Assembly: GCF_018350175.1 (NCBI RefSeq)
Contig: NC_058368.1
Span: 204,416,001-204,480,000 of the forward strand
Reading direction: 5' to 3'
Origin: Felis catus
Lineage: Eukaryota
Length of the DNA: 64,000 nt
The notes below the pieces were generated by a model. That model ran no database searches. It saw nothing but the letters and a program-made list of their open reading frames with translations, and was not told the DNA's origin. The position numbers were made by a program, and so were the translations under genes. How positions within the stretch are numbered: the stretch's first letter is position 1; each line of letters begins with the position of its first letter. This document shows positions 25,929 through 39,111 of the stretch, one piece after another.

Positions 25929-27939
25929 TTGTTTTCTTTCTAAAGCAGAGTAAGAGTTTACCTGTTTAAAAATGTGATATAAAATACTCCTTGAATCCTA
26001 TAACAGGACAATACACAGGATAGGAGTTCATAAGGAAACTGCCTGGAAGCCAAGAACTTCAAACTCACAACCGAACATGGACTCTCTCATAGACCCTTGC
26101 ATCACGCCCGCATGGAGTATCATAGATACTAGATTCTAGTGGCTTGGAAGGTTACTGAAGACCTGAGGCTATCATAGAAAAGGAAAACTTCAGCATCAAA
26201 GACGACTTCTAAAGTCCATTGGCCAGATTCCATTCCAGAAGCCTCCTGCACCCCTATTTCTCCTGCAGCTATTCTGCTGGGGTCTACTCCCTTTCAAATC
26301 AGAACTGTTCCTTCACACTTTCCTTTCCCTTGAAAGTCCTGGGACCCCAGTCATATAGGACTGACTGTTCATTCAGTTCCCTCCACTTGAAAGAAGTGTT
26401 GTTTTCTCCTAGAAAGGGCCATTCAGTAGGTTGATTACAATGTAACAGCATATAGAAGTTAAAAATTGTTGCTTTGAAGAGTATGGGGAAACATTTTCAA
26501 CATATTAAGTGAAAGCAAAAGTTACAAAGCAGAATGATACAAATTTGTGATATGTTTGAGTAGAAGGAAATACATTAGATATTGGTAATGTTTTTTGTGA
26601 ACTGGTGGAATTACAGGTGGTTTAAATAACCTTAATATTTTCAGCATTTTTTCTTTTTTCCTACAATGGACGTATATGTCAGAAAAAAATATTTTAATGT
26701 CAGAAAAATATTACTTTCCAAAAGAAAAAACCTATAAAGTCCACTTAGTCTCGGTTTTCTAAACCCTGCTCCATTGTGTTGGCAGAAAGTAGTCCTGGAT
26801 GATTCTAACCCAGGAGGTACTTGTTCTATGCTTTGAGAGCCTCCTGGCAGTAGCTAAAAGTTTAGACCTTTGAGTCATAAAGTTACACCTTGACTCCCAG
26901 CTCTGCCACTCATTAGCTGTATGAACTCTTTAGTTGCAAGCATCTTCTAACCTCAATTTTTTCATCTGTCCTCTGGGAATTGTGAGAATTAATGAGATAA
27001 AGTTACTGGCGAACAGTTTAACTAGGTTGTCTTAACCTGGAGTCCATGGGCTTGGAGTGGTTGGTGGGAGGATCCCCCACTGAAAGTGTTTAAAGTATGC
27101 TCCTTTCATCACAATCTCTAAGTAGTTGGGGCCCCAAGCAGGTCAGCGCTTCTTCTAATAAGTGCTTAATAAGTGGTAGCTACTTTTGCTATTTCAAGTT
27201 CTGAGGGATCGTTCCACATTTGGTACTATTCTAGGGCGTATGGGGACATTCTACTCATTTTCTGGATATTGTTACCTGGTACACTGCATCCCTGCTGAAT
27301 GTGAACCTGGGCTATTCCTGGGGTTGGACTATTCCTACTCTCCTTCCTCCTTTCCTCTGATAGGGATATTTGACAAATCTTGGGAGAGGAGATAAAACAA
27401 AACTTTTCTAAGACTGCATAGTGCTGTAGAGCTGGATCTGCAACTCAAAAGGCGTATGTGGTTCCAGAAAAAAAAATGTCTTTATCCTGTTTAGGATCTG
27501 TGTGCTACCTAAATCTGACAATTCATGTCTTTCCACAATTCAGAAAAAATTCCCAATCTCTTTGAATATAACTCCTCTCCCATGTTTTACCTTTCTTTTA
27601 GGATTTCGAGTTGGACATTATGTATGTCAGAGCTCATTCTATCTCATGTCCTTTTTCATGTTTTCCAGATTTTTACCTTCTGTTTAACTTCTTTTACACT
27701 CTGGTAATTTCTTCAGATCTGATATTTCACGAATTCTCTCTTGGCTGTAATTGATTAGCTGTTGAACCTGCACACTGATTATATAAGCCTTGTCAGTGCA
27801 AATACAACAAGATCACAAGGTGGAAGCATGAGAATGCCAATTTCATCATTTCACAGCAGGGGGTCAATTGACAGTTTAAAAATGAATCACAATCAGTATT
27901 TATTGAAATCCTTTGTCCTTAACTTTATAAGAATCTTTT

Positions 27940-28149
27940 TTTTTTTTTTTAATTTTTTATTTTTGGGACAGAGAGAGACAGAGCATGAACGGGGGAGGGG
28001 CAGAGAGAGAGGGAGACACAGAATCCGAAACAGGCTCCAGGCTCTGAGCCATCAGCCCAGAGCCCGACGCGGGGCTCGAACTCACGGACCGTGAGATCGT
28101 GACCTGGCTGAAGTCGGACGCTTAACCGACTGCGCCACCCAGGCGCCCC
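27940..28149 (-). mobile_element. Young Can-SINE
   Basis: TSD tataagaatctttt 27926-27939 / 28152-28165. Confidence 0.95.
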
Positions 28150-28182
28150 AATATAAGAATCTTTTAAGAACTAATATTTCTT

Positions 28183-28405
28183 GGGGCGCCTGGGTGGCTC
28201 AGTCGGTTAAGTGGCCGACTTTGGCTCAGGTCATGAGCTCACGGTCCGTGCGTTCGAGCCCCGCGTCAGGCTCTGTGCTGACAGTTCAGAGCCTGGAGCC
28301 TGTTTCAGATTCTGTGTCTCCCTCTCTCTGACCCTCCCCTGTTCATGCTCTGTCTCTCTGTGTCTCAAAAATAAATAAACATTAAAAAAAACATTTTTAA
28401 AAAAG
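28183..28405 (+). mobile_element. Can-SINE, head-to-head with the previous one
   Basis: TSD gaactaatatttctt 28168-28182 / 28406-28420. Confidence 0.95.
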
Positions 28406-28623
28406 GAACTAATATTTCTTGCAATAAAGAAAGATTTTTCTGAGCTTTACCATTTTATTCTGCTTATTTGTTAAATTAAGCAAAATAAAACTGAAAGAAT
28501 TAAAACTAGCATGGTAATCCTGCTTTAAAAAGTCCTCTCTGCATCTCCCTCTCTCCTCTTCCTTTTCCTTCTTCTTTTTCTTCTTCTTCTCCTTTTCCTT
28601 CTCTCTCTCTCTCTTGCTCTCAC

Positions 28624-28626
28624 GTG

Positions 28627-28663
<37 letters not shown>
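28624..28663. repeat. (TG)n microsatellite preceded by a CT-rich tract
   Basis: Directly visible. Confidence 0.95.
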
Positions 28664-28667
<4 letters not shown>

Positions 28668-29896
28668 ATAGATATTCATATATTCATGTAATGTTAACAA
28701 CAGTTATTTCTGGTTAATGGGTCTTAGAGTAGATTTTTTTACTTTCTTATTTCCTGAAATATGTGAATCTTTTACTTGTATAGGTGTAATTTAATATTAA
28801 TAACAAAATGAAAAAAGAAAGAGGTCACAAATTTCAGTGGCTGAATGAGGGGCCACTGCCCCTGCCTCTGCCAGTCAGCTTAAATTCTATCGATATTCTT
28901 GGTACTTTATTTAATTCACTTGAGACCTTCCTGCCTCGTCATTTAGTCTAATGTTCAATATTGAACTTTCTTCCATAGGTAAAATACAACAAATAGAGAA
29001 GAAAAAGAAAGAAAGAAAAAAAAACCTGTGATCTTGAGAAATTTTCATTAAAATGTAATTTTCACCATGAAATTTGAGTCGCTGAGATTCTCACGGTTGT
29101 AGCAATTTTACTCCACACTTTTCTTGACCGTGTAACCACATACAGCAATTAGTGTAATATGTTCTTATAATTGGCACTTGGGTATTACTTACTATTGGGC
29201 AAGGAAGAATAGTTTAAGAGCCCCGGGCCCATTGATACTTGAGCAAAATTATTTTTTATGAAAATTTATAAAAATCAAATTTGAACCATTACCTTTGAGT
29301 CTTTAGTTTTAAATAAGCCCCATTTTAATTGGGCCAGGGTTCTGAACCCATAGTATTCCCTCCATAGTGTTTCCTAGCTGTGTCTAATAGATAACTATTA
29401 TTTTACAGGACAGTTTCTGTCCTCATATAGGCAGTTTACCAGACCGCAAAACCACAGCTAATGATCAGCTATTCTCTTAAGTGAATTCATATATTGGCAT
29501 TTACTTCTCAACAGATATTAGCTAAGATTTTGTGTCTAAAGTGTATTTGAGTTACCCAGAAGAAGCAAAGTATTCCTAGTCCATTATTCTGACTTTCTGG
29601 CTTTTAATTTCTTATTATTCTCTAACATTTCTTGTCTTTGTGGCATTTTCACTTTAGAAACAGAAAAGCAATGATTTATTGAAAATAAGCACAATGTTCT
29701 TGCTTGAAATTATAAAACCTAAGACAACTGCCTTAGTCCAGTCCATTACATGAATGATAAACATGAACAATAGTTAACAGGATATTTTTAGAGTAGCACC
29801 TGACTACACCATAAAAAAAAAGACTGTCAAAAAGGTCCATTCCACTGGCTACTCATCTGTGCTTTCTTGAAGTGTCCTATGTCTGCTGTTCAACTG

Positions 29897-30062
29897 ATAG
29901 TGGTTCCAGGACTGAGGGTATTAGTAGTACCCAGGAACTTGTTAGACATGCAATTTCTTGGGCCCTAACCCAGACCAACTGAATCCACAACTCCGGGTGT
30001 GGGATCTATCAATGTGTGTTTTAGCAAGATTCTGACGCACACTAAGTTGGAGAACAATTACC
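29897..30062. mobile_element. MER5A-like hAT-Charlie element
   Basis: ggaacttgttagacatgcaatttcttgggccc...cagaccaactgaatc...taagttggagaac. Confidence 0.75.
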
Positions 30063-30120
30063 TAGACAGTATGGTCTCAGGGCAAGGAGTCAGCAAGGAG
30101 ACATCAAAAGACAATTCGCA

Positions 30121-30331
30121 GGGCGCCTGCGTGGCTCAGTCGGTTGGGCATTCCACTTCGGCTCAGGTCATGATCTCGCGGTTTGTGAGTTCGAGCCCTG
30201 TGTTGGGCTCTGTGCTGACAGCTCAGAGCTTGGAGCCTGCTTCAGATTCTGTGTCTCCCTCTCTCTCTGCCCCTCCCCCACTTGTGCTCTGTCTCTATCA
30301 AAAATAAATAAAATGTAAAAAAAAAAAAAAA
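30121..30331 (+). mobile_element. Can-SINE
   Basis: Head, (CT)n, poly-A; flanks aaaagacaa. Confidence 0.93.
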
Positions 30332-31299
30332 AAAAGACAACTTGCACGTATCTTGCCAGCTTTTCTGATCTCCTGCTCCCTCCACCCCAAAACCTATCAA
30401 GGGCTGATGTGGATTCCAAAAAGAAAATGGATATTTAGCTTTTGCTCTCTGTGCAATCCCATGTTGTCAACCACAAAGAGATCTCATACAAAGGTAACTG
30501 TATTTTAGTGATCAAGACTGTGCCTATGGAGTCAATTTCCTTGGTTTCAAATACTGGCTCCATTCTTTACCAGCTGTTTCTCATCTCCTCCTTCTCTTAA
30601 TTTCCTCCATTTAGATTTACCTCATGAAGTCATTGAGATGATTAAGTGTTTGGCATATACTAAGTGATTCATAAATGATGCTTTTAGGTTACAAGATTTT
30701 TCTATCCTGGCCTATATTTTGGTGCAATGCCCAACAAGGTGAGTGAATAATTATGTGTGATATTAGGTTTTAGGAAAGGTGAGAAGAAGAAAACACTGCA
30801 TTCACAGCCTGCCTTCCTATTTACCGCGTCAACAGGATTAACGAAGCAATGTTTATACAACACGGAGTAGTTTTAAGATATCCCCATAAGGTCAGAATAC
30901 ATTTATAATGACAGCCTCTACATTTACCATTTTAAAGCAATACATTTCTGGGCCTCCAGTTAACTACAGAGGATCCTATTGATTGTTGGTGGTGGTGAGG
31001 GTTTAATAGTTTTAATTCCTGCTGCTTCTCATTTAGATCTCTTATGACAAATTCTGTAAGAGCCATAGCACAGCTCAGAACATTATATCTGATAAACATT
31101 GAGCTTAGGTTCTCCCCTCTCCTGATGCAGCCAACAGTGTTAACCTAATGAAAGCAAAGCTATTTTCTCCAACAGAATCAGGCTAAACTTTTAGGGTCAG
31201 GCATTTCCTTTTAATTTTGCATGACGTAGTTATAAAACATTATTTCCACGTGAACACCTTAATGGTCATCTGATCATGTGTTTAAAACAACCCATGCTA

Positions 31300-31520
31300 G
31301 GAGTGCCTGGGTGGCTCAGTTGGCTAGGCAACCGACTTCGGCTCAGGTCATGATCTCAGTTTATGGGTTCGAGCCCCATGTCGGGCTCTGTGCTGACAGC
31401 TCAGGGCCTGGAGCCTGCTTCAGATTCTGTGTCTCCCCCTCTCTCGACCCCTCCCCTGCTCATGCTCTGTGTCTCTCTCTCAATAATAAATAAACGTTAA
31501 AAAATTTTTTAATAAAAAAT
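31300..31520 (+). mobile_element. Can-SINE
   Basis: TSD aaaacaacccatgcta 31284-31299 / 31521-31536. Confidence 0.94.
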
Positions 31521-31874
31521 AAAACAACCCATGCTAAATTGAAGATGTTCATTAAGACGCACTTGATATTCTGGTGTAGACTTTTATCTATATTTAGGCC
31601 TCAGTACTGTTGGCTTATTCCAATTATCAAGTGGGTAGTCTATACCTTCAAAAACCCTTTCAATCTTGAAATCTTTAATTCCAAGTTGAATGTAGCAGAA
31701 ACAGAAGCATTTACATTTCCATGAAAATATTCCTACTTTCAATAGTGATGGGGATGGTAGCATTTTTAAACTAGCAAGACTATAAGAACCTTCTCTTTTT
31801 GTACATATTCAAAAAACCTCCGGGTTTTACATGTATTAGAGTTCTGTTTAGTGTTCCTTTGAATCTCAGATTGG

Positions 31875-32750
31875 TGTGGTATAATAAAAAATATGTATCC
31901 AGTCTTTGGCCCTGGTTCTTGGCACAGAGCTCTTAAAACCCTTGGAATTTCCTGATGTCTTTTATCATAAGCTCCCTTTTGCTCATCCCTGAGTTTATGC
32001 TAACGAGGTGATCTTGGCAGTGGTCGCCAGAGGAACTAACCACATGATTAGAGGGCTAGAACTACCAGCCACACCCTAAGATATCCAGGATGGAAGGGCT
32101 GGACAGGGACTTCAGTAATCAAGGGCTAATGATTTAATCAATCACATCTAGGTAATGAAACCTTAGTAAAGAAAAAGAAAAAGATTAAGGGGTTACGAGA
32201 GCTCCCAGGTTGGTGAACACATCCATGTGCAGGGAGGGTGGAGCACCAGGAGGGCCTGGAAGCTCTACCCACTCCACTCCCCCAACCCCCTTTGCCCTTT
32301 GCAACCATTTGGCTGTTCCTGGATTCCCCCCCGCCCTTTTTTCTTTTTTAAGAGATTTTAAGTAATCTCTACACCCAACGTGGGGCTCAAACTTACAACT
32401 CAGAGATCAAGAGTCGCACACATACTCTTAATCAGCTGAGCCAGCCAGGAACCCCTGGGTTGTATCCTTTATGATAAAACTATACTCAGAAGTGTGGTGC
32501 CTTCCTCAGTACTGAGTTGTTCTAGTGTATTAAATCTGACAAGGGGGCGGGGACCCCTGATTTGTAGTCGGCAGGGCAGAAGTGCAGGTATCCTTGGTAC
32601 CCCATTTTTGGCTACCGTCTGAAGCAAGGGCAGTCTTGTGCTACTACTACTGATCACTTAACTTGTGGAGTCTACGCTAACTCTGGCTGTTGTCAAAAGT
32701 GACTTGTTGGACACCCAGTTGGTGTTAGAGAATCCAAGCACTGCTGTGTG
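31875..32750 (+). mobile_element. MER21-like solo LTR containing a short minus-strand SINE (about 32337-32455)
   Basis: ggcacagagctcttaaaacccttggaatttcctga...cctgagtttatgctaa...gttggacacccagttggtgt. Confidence 0.75.
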
Positions 32751-34039
32751 TTAGATCGGTGGAATAGGGGAGACAGAAGAGGCTCTCCTATCTATCATTC
32801 TGCCGTGCACGTGGGATTCCTTTGCTGATCAGTGTCTGGCACTCTAAGGACCAGCTGCCACTGTAGACCTAAAAACCCCACTAGGAGTAAAATGAGAGGA
32901 ACAAAATATTCAGTTCAGTTCTTAAATACACATCATGGGTTTTCATAGTTGTTTTATTATATGTAAAATGCTTTGCAAACTGCAAAGCCTAATCAACATA
33001 TGGTTTACCACCAGTGGGTAGTTTTCCTCTCCTTCTGCAATCAAATTTACCGGCATTCAGGATACACTGATAAAGCCTATATACCACTTGGGAAAAGTAA
33101 AAGGAACTGTATCTGACCCTCAAACCTGTTTTGAAAGGCCTTGCCAAATCTGAACGCTCAAATGTTAAATTTTTAGTATTTTGTTGTGCTTTTCAATACT
33201 TTGTTGTGCCTTTGTCCATGATCTCGACGTTGTGGTCAGAGCCTTTTTAAGATTATGTTTAAAAATAAACCTCGCTTCATATCTTGGCTTAAAGGGGACA
33301 TCATGAGCTATTTTCAGTATTCAAAATTCACTAGATACTAACTAGTAACTTACATACCTGAAACCACTATCTGTCAGGAATTTTTTTTTTTTTTCAAGTT
33401 ATAACTAACTCAGGAACCTGGATATCTTAAGGCAAACTGAAAATTCCATGTAATATAATTTAATTCTATCATTTTCTGACTTTGAAGAAAGAAAACACCT
33501 ATGTAAGCTTTGTGTAAGTGTCCAATTGCCAAACAGAACAGACTTGGAAATATTCATATACTTTTTTAACCTTAAAATAAAAACTCAATCTCCTCTTCTT
33601 GTATTCTCTAAATCTGTGACCTCTCCACTTGTGGGAAGCCATTCCCTTTGAGACAGGTCATAAATGTGATACCACTGAACCACTAGGATTACCAAAGGAG
33701 AAGCCGAACTGATCTTTTAAACTAAACACACTAGGTAAGAGGAGAAAGTGTATTAAAAATAGGCTCTTCCTAAAAAATTCCATTGGCTGTTGTGCCCCAC
33801 CGTGGAAGAACCACAAATGCCAACCTCTTCCTCCTCCCGTTCTTCTGAACTGATTTTTGGGGATTAGAGGTGCATACTGAGAACGGCATATCTTAATTCA
33901 CGTATCAGTCATATTAATACAAATGAGTGAAGATCTTGGACCACGAAACCACTTCTATACTAGTAAAGAGAAAAACGAGTCATGAACACATAATTTTAAA
34001 CTTTACTTTAAAAATGTAAATATCTCCCAATATTTAACA

Positions 34040-35203
34040 GGTAAAGAAAATAGCATATTGGTTTATTTTATGTGGTTGTTATATTTTATTTTCCAAGTAA
34101 TACTGATTAAAAATATTTACACACCTACTTTTAAGTCCACAGTTTAGCACTCTTATTTGTATGGCTTTAAAAGTTATAGCACAAGATCTTTACATTAAGG
34201 ATCGGGGAAAAAGATTCATTCAAAACAAAGCCTGATATATTATATACATGTTTTTCTCTGTACTTTACTTTAAATACATTAATTTTTAAATGATGCTCCT
34301 TTTTTTCATCTGGTGGTAAAATATTAGTGCAACTTTTCATTAAAAAAAAAAAAAAGTTTACCACAGATATAAATGAATTTTCCCAATCGGAAATGGCCCT
34401 TCAGTTGCCATTAAATGCTATTTCTCACCCTACCTTAAGTTACCAAGAAAAAGAATTGCTAGTTGCCATTATAAGCAAAAACAAAGTACTACAGCATCAC
34501 CTACATCGCTCCTTACAACACAAACTTTGAAAGAACCAGAGATGTTTTATAGAAGTTTAGTTGGCTTTGAAAAGGCACATGGGTGTGTGTGGGTTTTTTT
34601 GTTTTTTGTTTTTTGTTTTACATTCTACAAATTTTGCCACCACCACTGTTTCCGTTGCAGAGATGACATTTGTGACTATCAGTATAGACAAGAAGTTTGT
34701 TCAAACTAAAGAAAGCCAGAAGCCAAAATTTAACTGCACAGTAACAATGTACTTTTCTTCATGCAGCCTTGTGTTTCCTATATATTCAATTTTCTAACAT
34801 GCATTAGAATACACGAATTTGTATTCTAATGATTTTACTTTTGATTTTACAACATGGAAAAAAATCTGAGAAAGGACGTGACCTGGGAAAGAGAGAAGGG
34901 AGAACCCTTATCACAATGAAAATAGATACATTCGTACCCAACTATATAATAAGAATATAATCCATTTAAGTTTCCAGAAATAATACTTCTCAAAGCTTCC
35001 CATTACTTATGGGAAAGATCCCTCCTGTGTGGCATTAAGGGGGGGGGGGGGGCATTGGAATCAGTTTGTTTCAATAGAAACAGTTCACAACAGGAAAGAC
35101 TTTAACTTTGGTCCACTTGTCTGTTAGCTTAAGGACAGTCACACTGCCCATGATCAGTTCAAAAACCCAACACATTAATTTAAAAATATATTCATTTGTT
35201 ATT
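34040..35203 (-). other. ZNF131: ZNF131 3' UTR (distal end approximate)
   Basis: Repeat-free AU-rich sequence after the stop; two minus-strand AATAAA at 34090-34085 and 34067-34062. Confidence 0.7.
34062..34090 (-). terminator. Tandem AATAAA polyadenylation signals, likely for ZNF131
   Basis: tttatt on plus at 34062-34067 and 34085-34090, about 1.1 kb past the stop; T-rich sequence downstream on minus. Confidence 0.6.
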
Positions 35204-35890
35204 TCACTCTAAAACAGGCATAGGTGTTCTGTTTTCACTCCCTGCCCTTTCAGCTTGGGAATCCACTGTTGTTTTGGTCTCTAAACCCTCAGCATCTTCA
35301 TGATCTTCTCTGGCAGCTTCAGCAGCATCTGCTTGGGTGGTCTCGCTCTCCTCCTGGTTCATGATTTCAGGGGTCACTTGTTCCAAGTCAGCTTCCAGAA
35401 GTTCAGTTTGTACTTCCACTGGCATCTGATTTACCCGTTCAACGTGCAGCTCCTCCACATGTACTTCAGTACCTTCTTCAGTCTGAATCCGACCCACTTC
35501 TAGATAACTCACCTGAACCTGCTCTGGAAGCTCGCTCATATGTGAATCATGCACTTGGCTGTCCTGGAGCAGATCTGGATGGACCTGTTCCACAGTCACT
35601 TGTGCTGAATCCACTTGAACCTGAAGCAATGGTAACACATGCACTTTCCCAACTTGTTCTATAATAGTCATTGATGTCACAGGTTCAGTTTGCACACGTG
35701 TTTCTACTGAAAGAACTTCTTCGGTTACTAGACGCTCTGAAATATTATGAGTATCACTGAGATGCCTCCTTAATTCATTTCCTTGCATAAACCACAAGTC
35801 ACATAAAGTACAATGGTTGGGTTTATCACCAGTGTGTATTACCAAATGATCTTTGAACTGGTCCCAGCTGTTAAACACACTGTTACAGAC
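35204..35890 (-). CDS. ZNF131: ZNF131 last coding exon (last zinc fingers and acidic C-terminus)
   Basis: VCNSVFNSWDQFKDHLVIHTGDKPNHCTLCDLWF...RTPMPVLE* (ORF 35204..35920); acceptor ttatttcag; TGA at 35206-35204. Joined CDS is 1875 nt. Confidence 0.97.
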   Translation of the reverse strand, partial: VCNSVFNSWDQFKDHLVIHTGDKPNHCTLCDLWFMQGNELRRHLSDTHNISERLVTEEVLSVETRVQTEPVTSMTIIEQVGKVHVLPLLQVQVDSAQVTVEQVHPDLLQDSQVHDSHMSELPEQVQVSYLEVGRIQTEEGTEVHVEELHVERVNQMPVEVQTELLEADLEQVTPEIMNQEESETTQADAAEAAREDHEDAEGLETKTTVDSQAERAGSENRTPMPVLE

Positions 35891-36579
35891 CTGAAATAAC
35901 CAAACATATGGTTTTAACACTACTAATATTCAAGCCGAAGAAAGCATGAATGCATTTATTCTCTGTTAAGGAAAAATTTGAAGATTTTTCTGAAAAATGT
36001 TATGAATATGACATTTAAATGTGATCTAAGAGAGTTCATAATTATGTTGTTTATTTGGTCTTTTAGCTGATGTAGCTAACAGATGCAATGTAGGAAACAT
36101 AATACTGCCTTCATTGCTTAAATGTCATATAAATTCAAGGGATATAAAGTACCAATATTATAATTTCCTACATAATATCATTAGCATTTAGAACCATTAC
36201 ATTATTTGGGATACATATACACTAATCATGGAAAAAGAGCTGATCACAGCCAGTGAGCCTTCCACTGCTCCACTCCCTAATTCTATTGTTTGCTCAACGG
36301 TGAAGAATAGTTTCAGGTTACCTGTTATTTAGGACATAATTTTATTGACATTGATGGAAAAAAAAAAAAGGCAACAACCCAAAAAACCCTATTCTAATCT
36401 CCCTTCTAAAATCAAAATGATGAAAAAAATAAATAAAATCAAAACGATGGATGATGTTCTTTACTCGTTCTTTCCAAACTGCCAGCTCTATACTTTTACT
36501 CTAGACTCTGCTACCCTTCACTTTTAATGATTTCAAACACCCAACTCCTTTGCTAAGGACAGAATACACCCACACGTAC

Positions 36580-36710
36580 CTGACATTCATAAAGCTTCTT
36601 TCTTCCCTTTTTTGCCCCCACTCCAGTTTGGCACGCAGTCAGGTGACATTTGAGGGTGCTATTTCTAGCAAATCTTTCATGACAATTTGGACATTCAAAA
36701 GGTTTTTCAC
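36580..36710 (-). CDS. ZNF131: ZNF131 coding exon 5 (zinc finger 4 and basic linker)
   Basis: (G)EKPFECPNCHERFARNSTLKCHLTACQTGVGAKKGRKKLYECQ read by hand; acceptor aatag, donor CAG|GTACGT; 131 nt, restores phase 0. Confidence 0.95.
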
Positions 36711-37029
36711 CTATTCGAATAGAAAAAAAATTCTATTGGCAAATCAAGAAAAACAGAAAAAGCAAATAAATTTTTTTCTTTTTGGTTAATTCTAATAGCA
36801 CTTTCTTGAGAGGAAGGTCTGAATTTGTAATTCAGATGTTTTCTATCACATCCAAAAGACTCTCCTAGAGGTGAAAATAATAAGTTTCCAGTGATTATTA
36901 TAATTGAATCTGTACTCTGAGGAAGAAATAAAAATTGGATCTGAGTTCTATGTTTTAGCATGTCTTAAAAGTGCACCTTTTCCCTTCGGTAAAAATCAAG
37001 CTCAGTCTCTATTTTGGGGGAAATGCATC

Positions 37030-38380
37030 ACTATCCATTCCACAAGTATTTTTTGAGCACTTACTATGTGCCAGACCATGTGCTAGGTGATGAAGATAAA
37101 TTGCCCTTCTTTAAAAACTTCGTATCACAGGCCACAGTATCTTATGAACGTGAAATATATACAAATAAACACCTGCAATGTACTGTAGAAAACCTGTTTC
37201 AGAATAAAGGGCAATGGAAAATGTAAGGCAGCAGCACAAAAGGAGAGGGATTAATTCTGCCTGGAATGGAATAAGTGAAGGAAAGAAGGAAATGTATTCT
37301 AGGCAGAGACACAGAGGTACAGAACAACATGGGTGAGGAGTAAGAGGGAGAAGGTATCAATAATGATTCTCAGACCTCTAGCTTAGAATGCCAATCAGAA
37401 TCAAGAACACAGAAATCCAAGTAGGTTTGGAATGCAGTGTATTGAGAAAGATTATAAATTTAGTTTTGTATCTGTTGATTTGAAGGTACTCAAGGTGGAA
37501 AAGTCTGGTAAATAGTTGAACAGACTCCTCTGAAGTCAAATAGAGGGTGGACTGATATACAGATCAGGAGTTACTTTAGGTAGTAATAAAAACCTTTGAT
37601 GTGGTGAAAACTCTAAGTATGTTATGTGATAACAGAATCAAGGACAGAACTCAATGAAACACCAAGTTGAAACACCAGGTAAATGAAGCAGCAAAGAGAA
37701 CAGAAACAGAACAGCCAGAAGCAGAAGGAAAGAACACTACGGAAATTAAGAAATTTCAGGAAGATGAGGGCAGTAAACAGTGCTAAACTGAACAGAGATG
37801 TCAGGTAGAATAACAACAGGGGATTGTACTGACGCTAGTAGGAATAGTGTAAGTAATATGGTGGGGTTAGAAGCCAGACTACAGTGGGATGAGAGGCAAG
37901 CCCATGAAAACAGTACAGTAAAGGGGATGGAGGGTTTTGAAAGATGACAGGTTATGTCATCTGCTGGGGTGACGTGTGGGCAGAGTCTTGAGTATCGGAC
38001 TGAAGGCCCAAAATAGCAATCTGGCAAAGAAAGCTTTAAATCAGACACCAAAAAGGCCTAATTTAAGGTCTGATATGAATTTTTTCCAACAGTGCTCAGC
38101 AGGGAGTAGGGGTAATTGCAATAATTCCAGGGTTTTTTAGAGGCCTTTTTAGAGCAAGTGGGTTAAAAGCCAAGGGAATGTGCTTAGAGTACAAGAAAAA
38201 GTGATTCAAGTTGTATACAAGGAGGACAAGGTAAGATAGAGAAGTCAGAAATAGGGCAATAAGCTAGATGGAAAGAAATATGAAAGGACTGGCAGGCTAA
38301 CAGGTAGACTCCAGCAGTCTGGAGTAAGGCAAGAAGAGACAGAATTCAAGGGACAGCATGACGCTTGCAGAGAAACAGGC
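37030..38380 (-). mobile_element. L2 fragment
   Basis: cattccacaagtattttttgagcacttactatgtgccag (reverse of the L2 3' end) followed by a purine-rich L2 body. Confidence 0.7.
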
Positions 38381-38933
38381 TCCAGTGATGAGATCCTAGT
38401 TGTGACCTTCATACTAGTCAAGTTACTTCGAGCTATAGTTTTTCCCTGACAAAAAAACCCTCTGTTTTTTGTATAATGTTCATGAGATGGGAAAATTAGA
38501 AAGACCTAATCACCTAGAATTAGTGCTGGTACAGAAATTCCTTATCATATCCCCCAATGTTGCAAGATACTGCTAAATACAATGGTTACGTTTTGTGGTT
38601 TCAATAGTACATAATTTTTCACTATAAATAAAACCTACAAATATAAATTGGTATAGCTCCTTTAAATAGCAATTTCATAACAATGCCAAGATTTAAAATG
38701 TACATATTCTTTGACTTGGCAATTCTGCTCTTGAACATGTACACAAAGATATATGCAAAAGTATGCTTACTGAAGCATAGCCTGTAACAGTAAAAGACTA
38801 GTAACAACCTAAATGTGTACCAAGTATAAATAAATTATGGTATACCCATACACTGAAACACCATGCAGCCACAGTGGGGAAAAAAAAAAAAAAAAAAGTA
38901 GATTCCTGAATTTTCATGTATTAAAAGACTTCA

Positions 38934-39111
38934 GGGGCACCTGGGTGGTTCAGTTGGTTAGATCAGGTCATAATCTCACGGTTTGTGGGTTCAAGGCCCA
39001 TGTCAGACTCTGTACTGGGTGTGGAGCCTGTTTGGGATTCTCTCTCCTCTCTCTGCCCCTCTCCCACTCTGTCCCTCTCTCTCTCAAAAATGTTAAAAAA
39101 AAAAAAATTTA
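38934..39111 (+). mobile_element. Can-SINE within a decayed L1M 3' end (about 38620-39330)
   Basis: ggggcacctgggtggttcag head and A tail; L1-like flanks. Confidence 0.85.
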
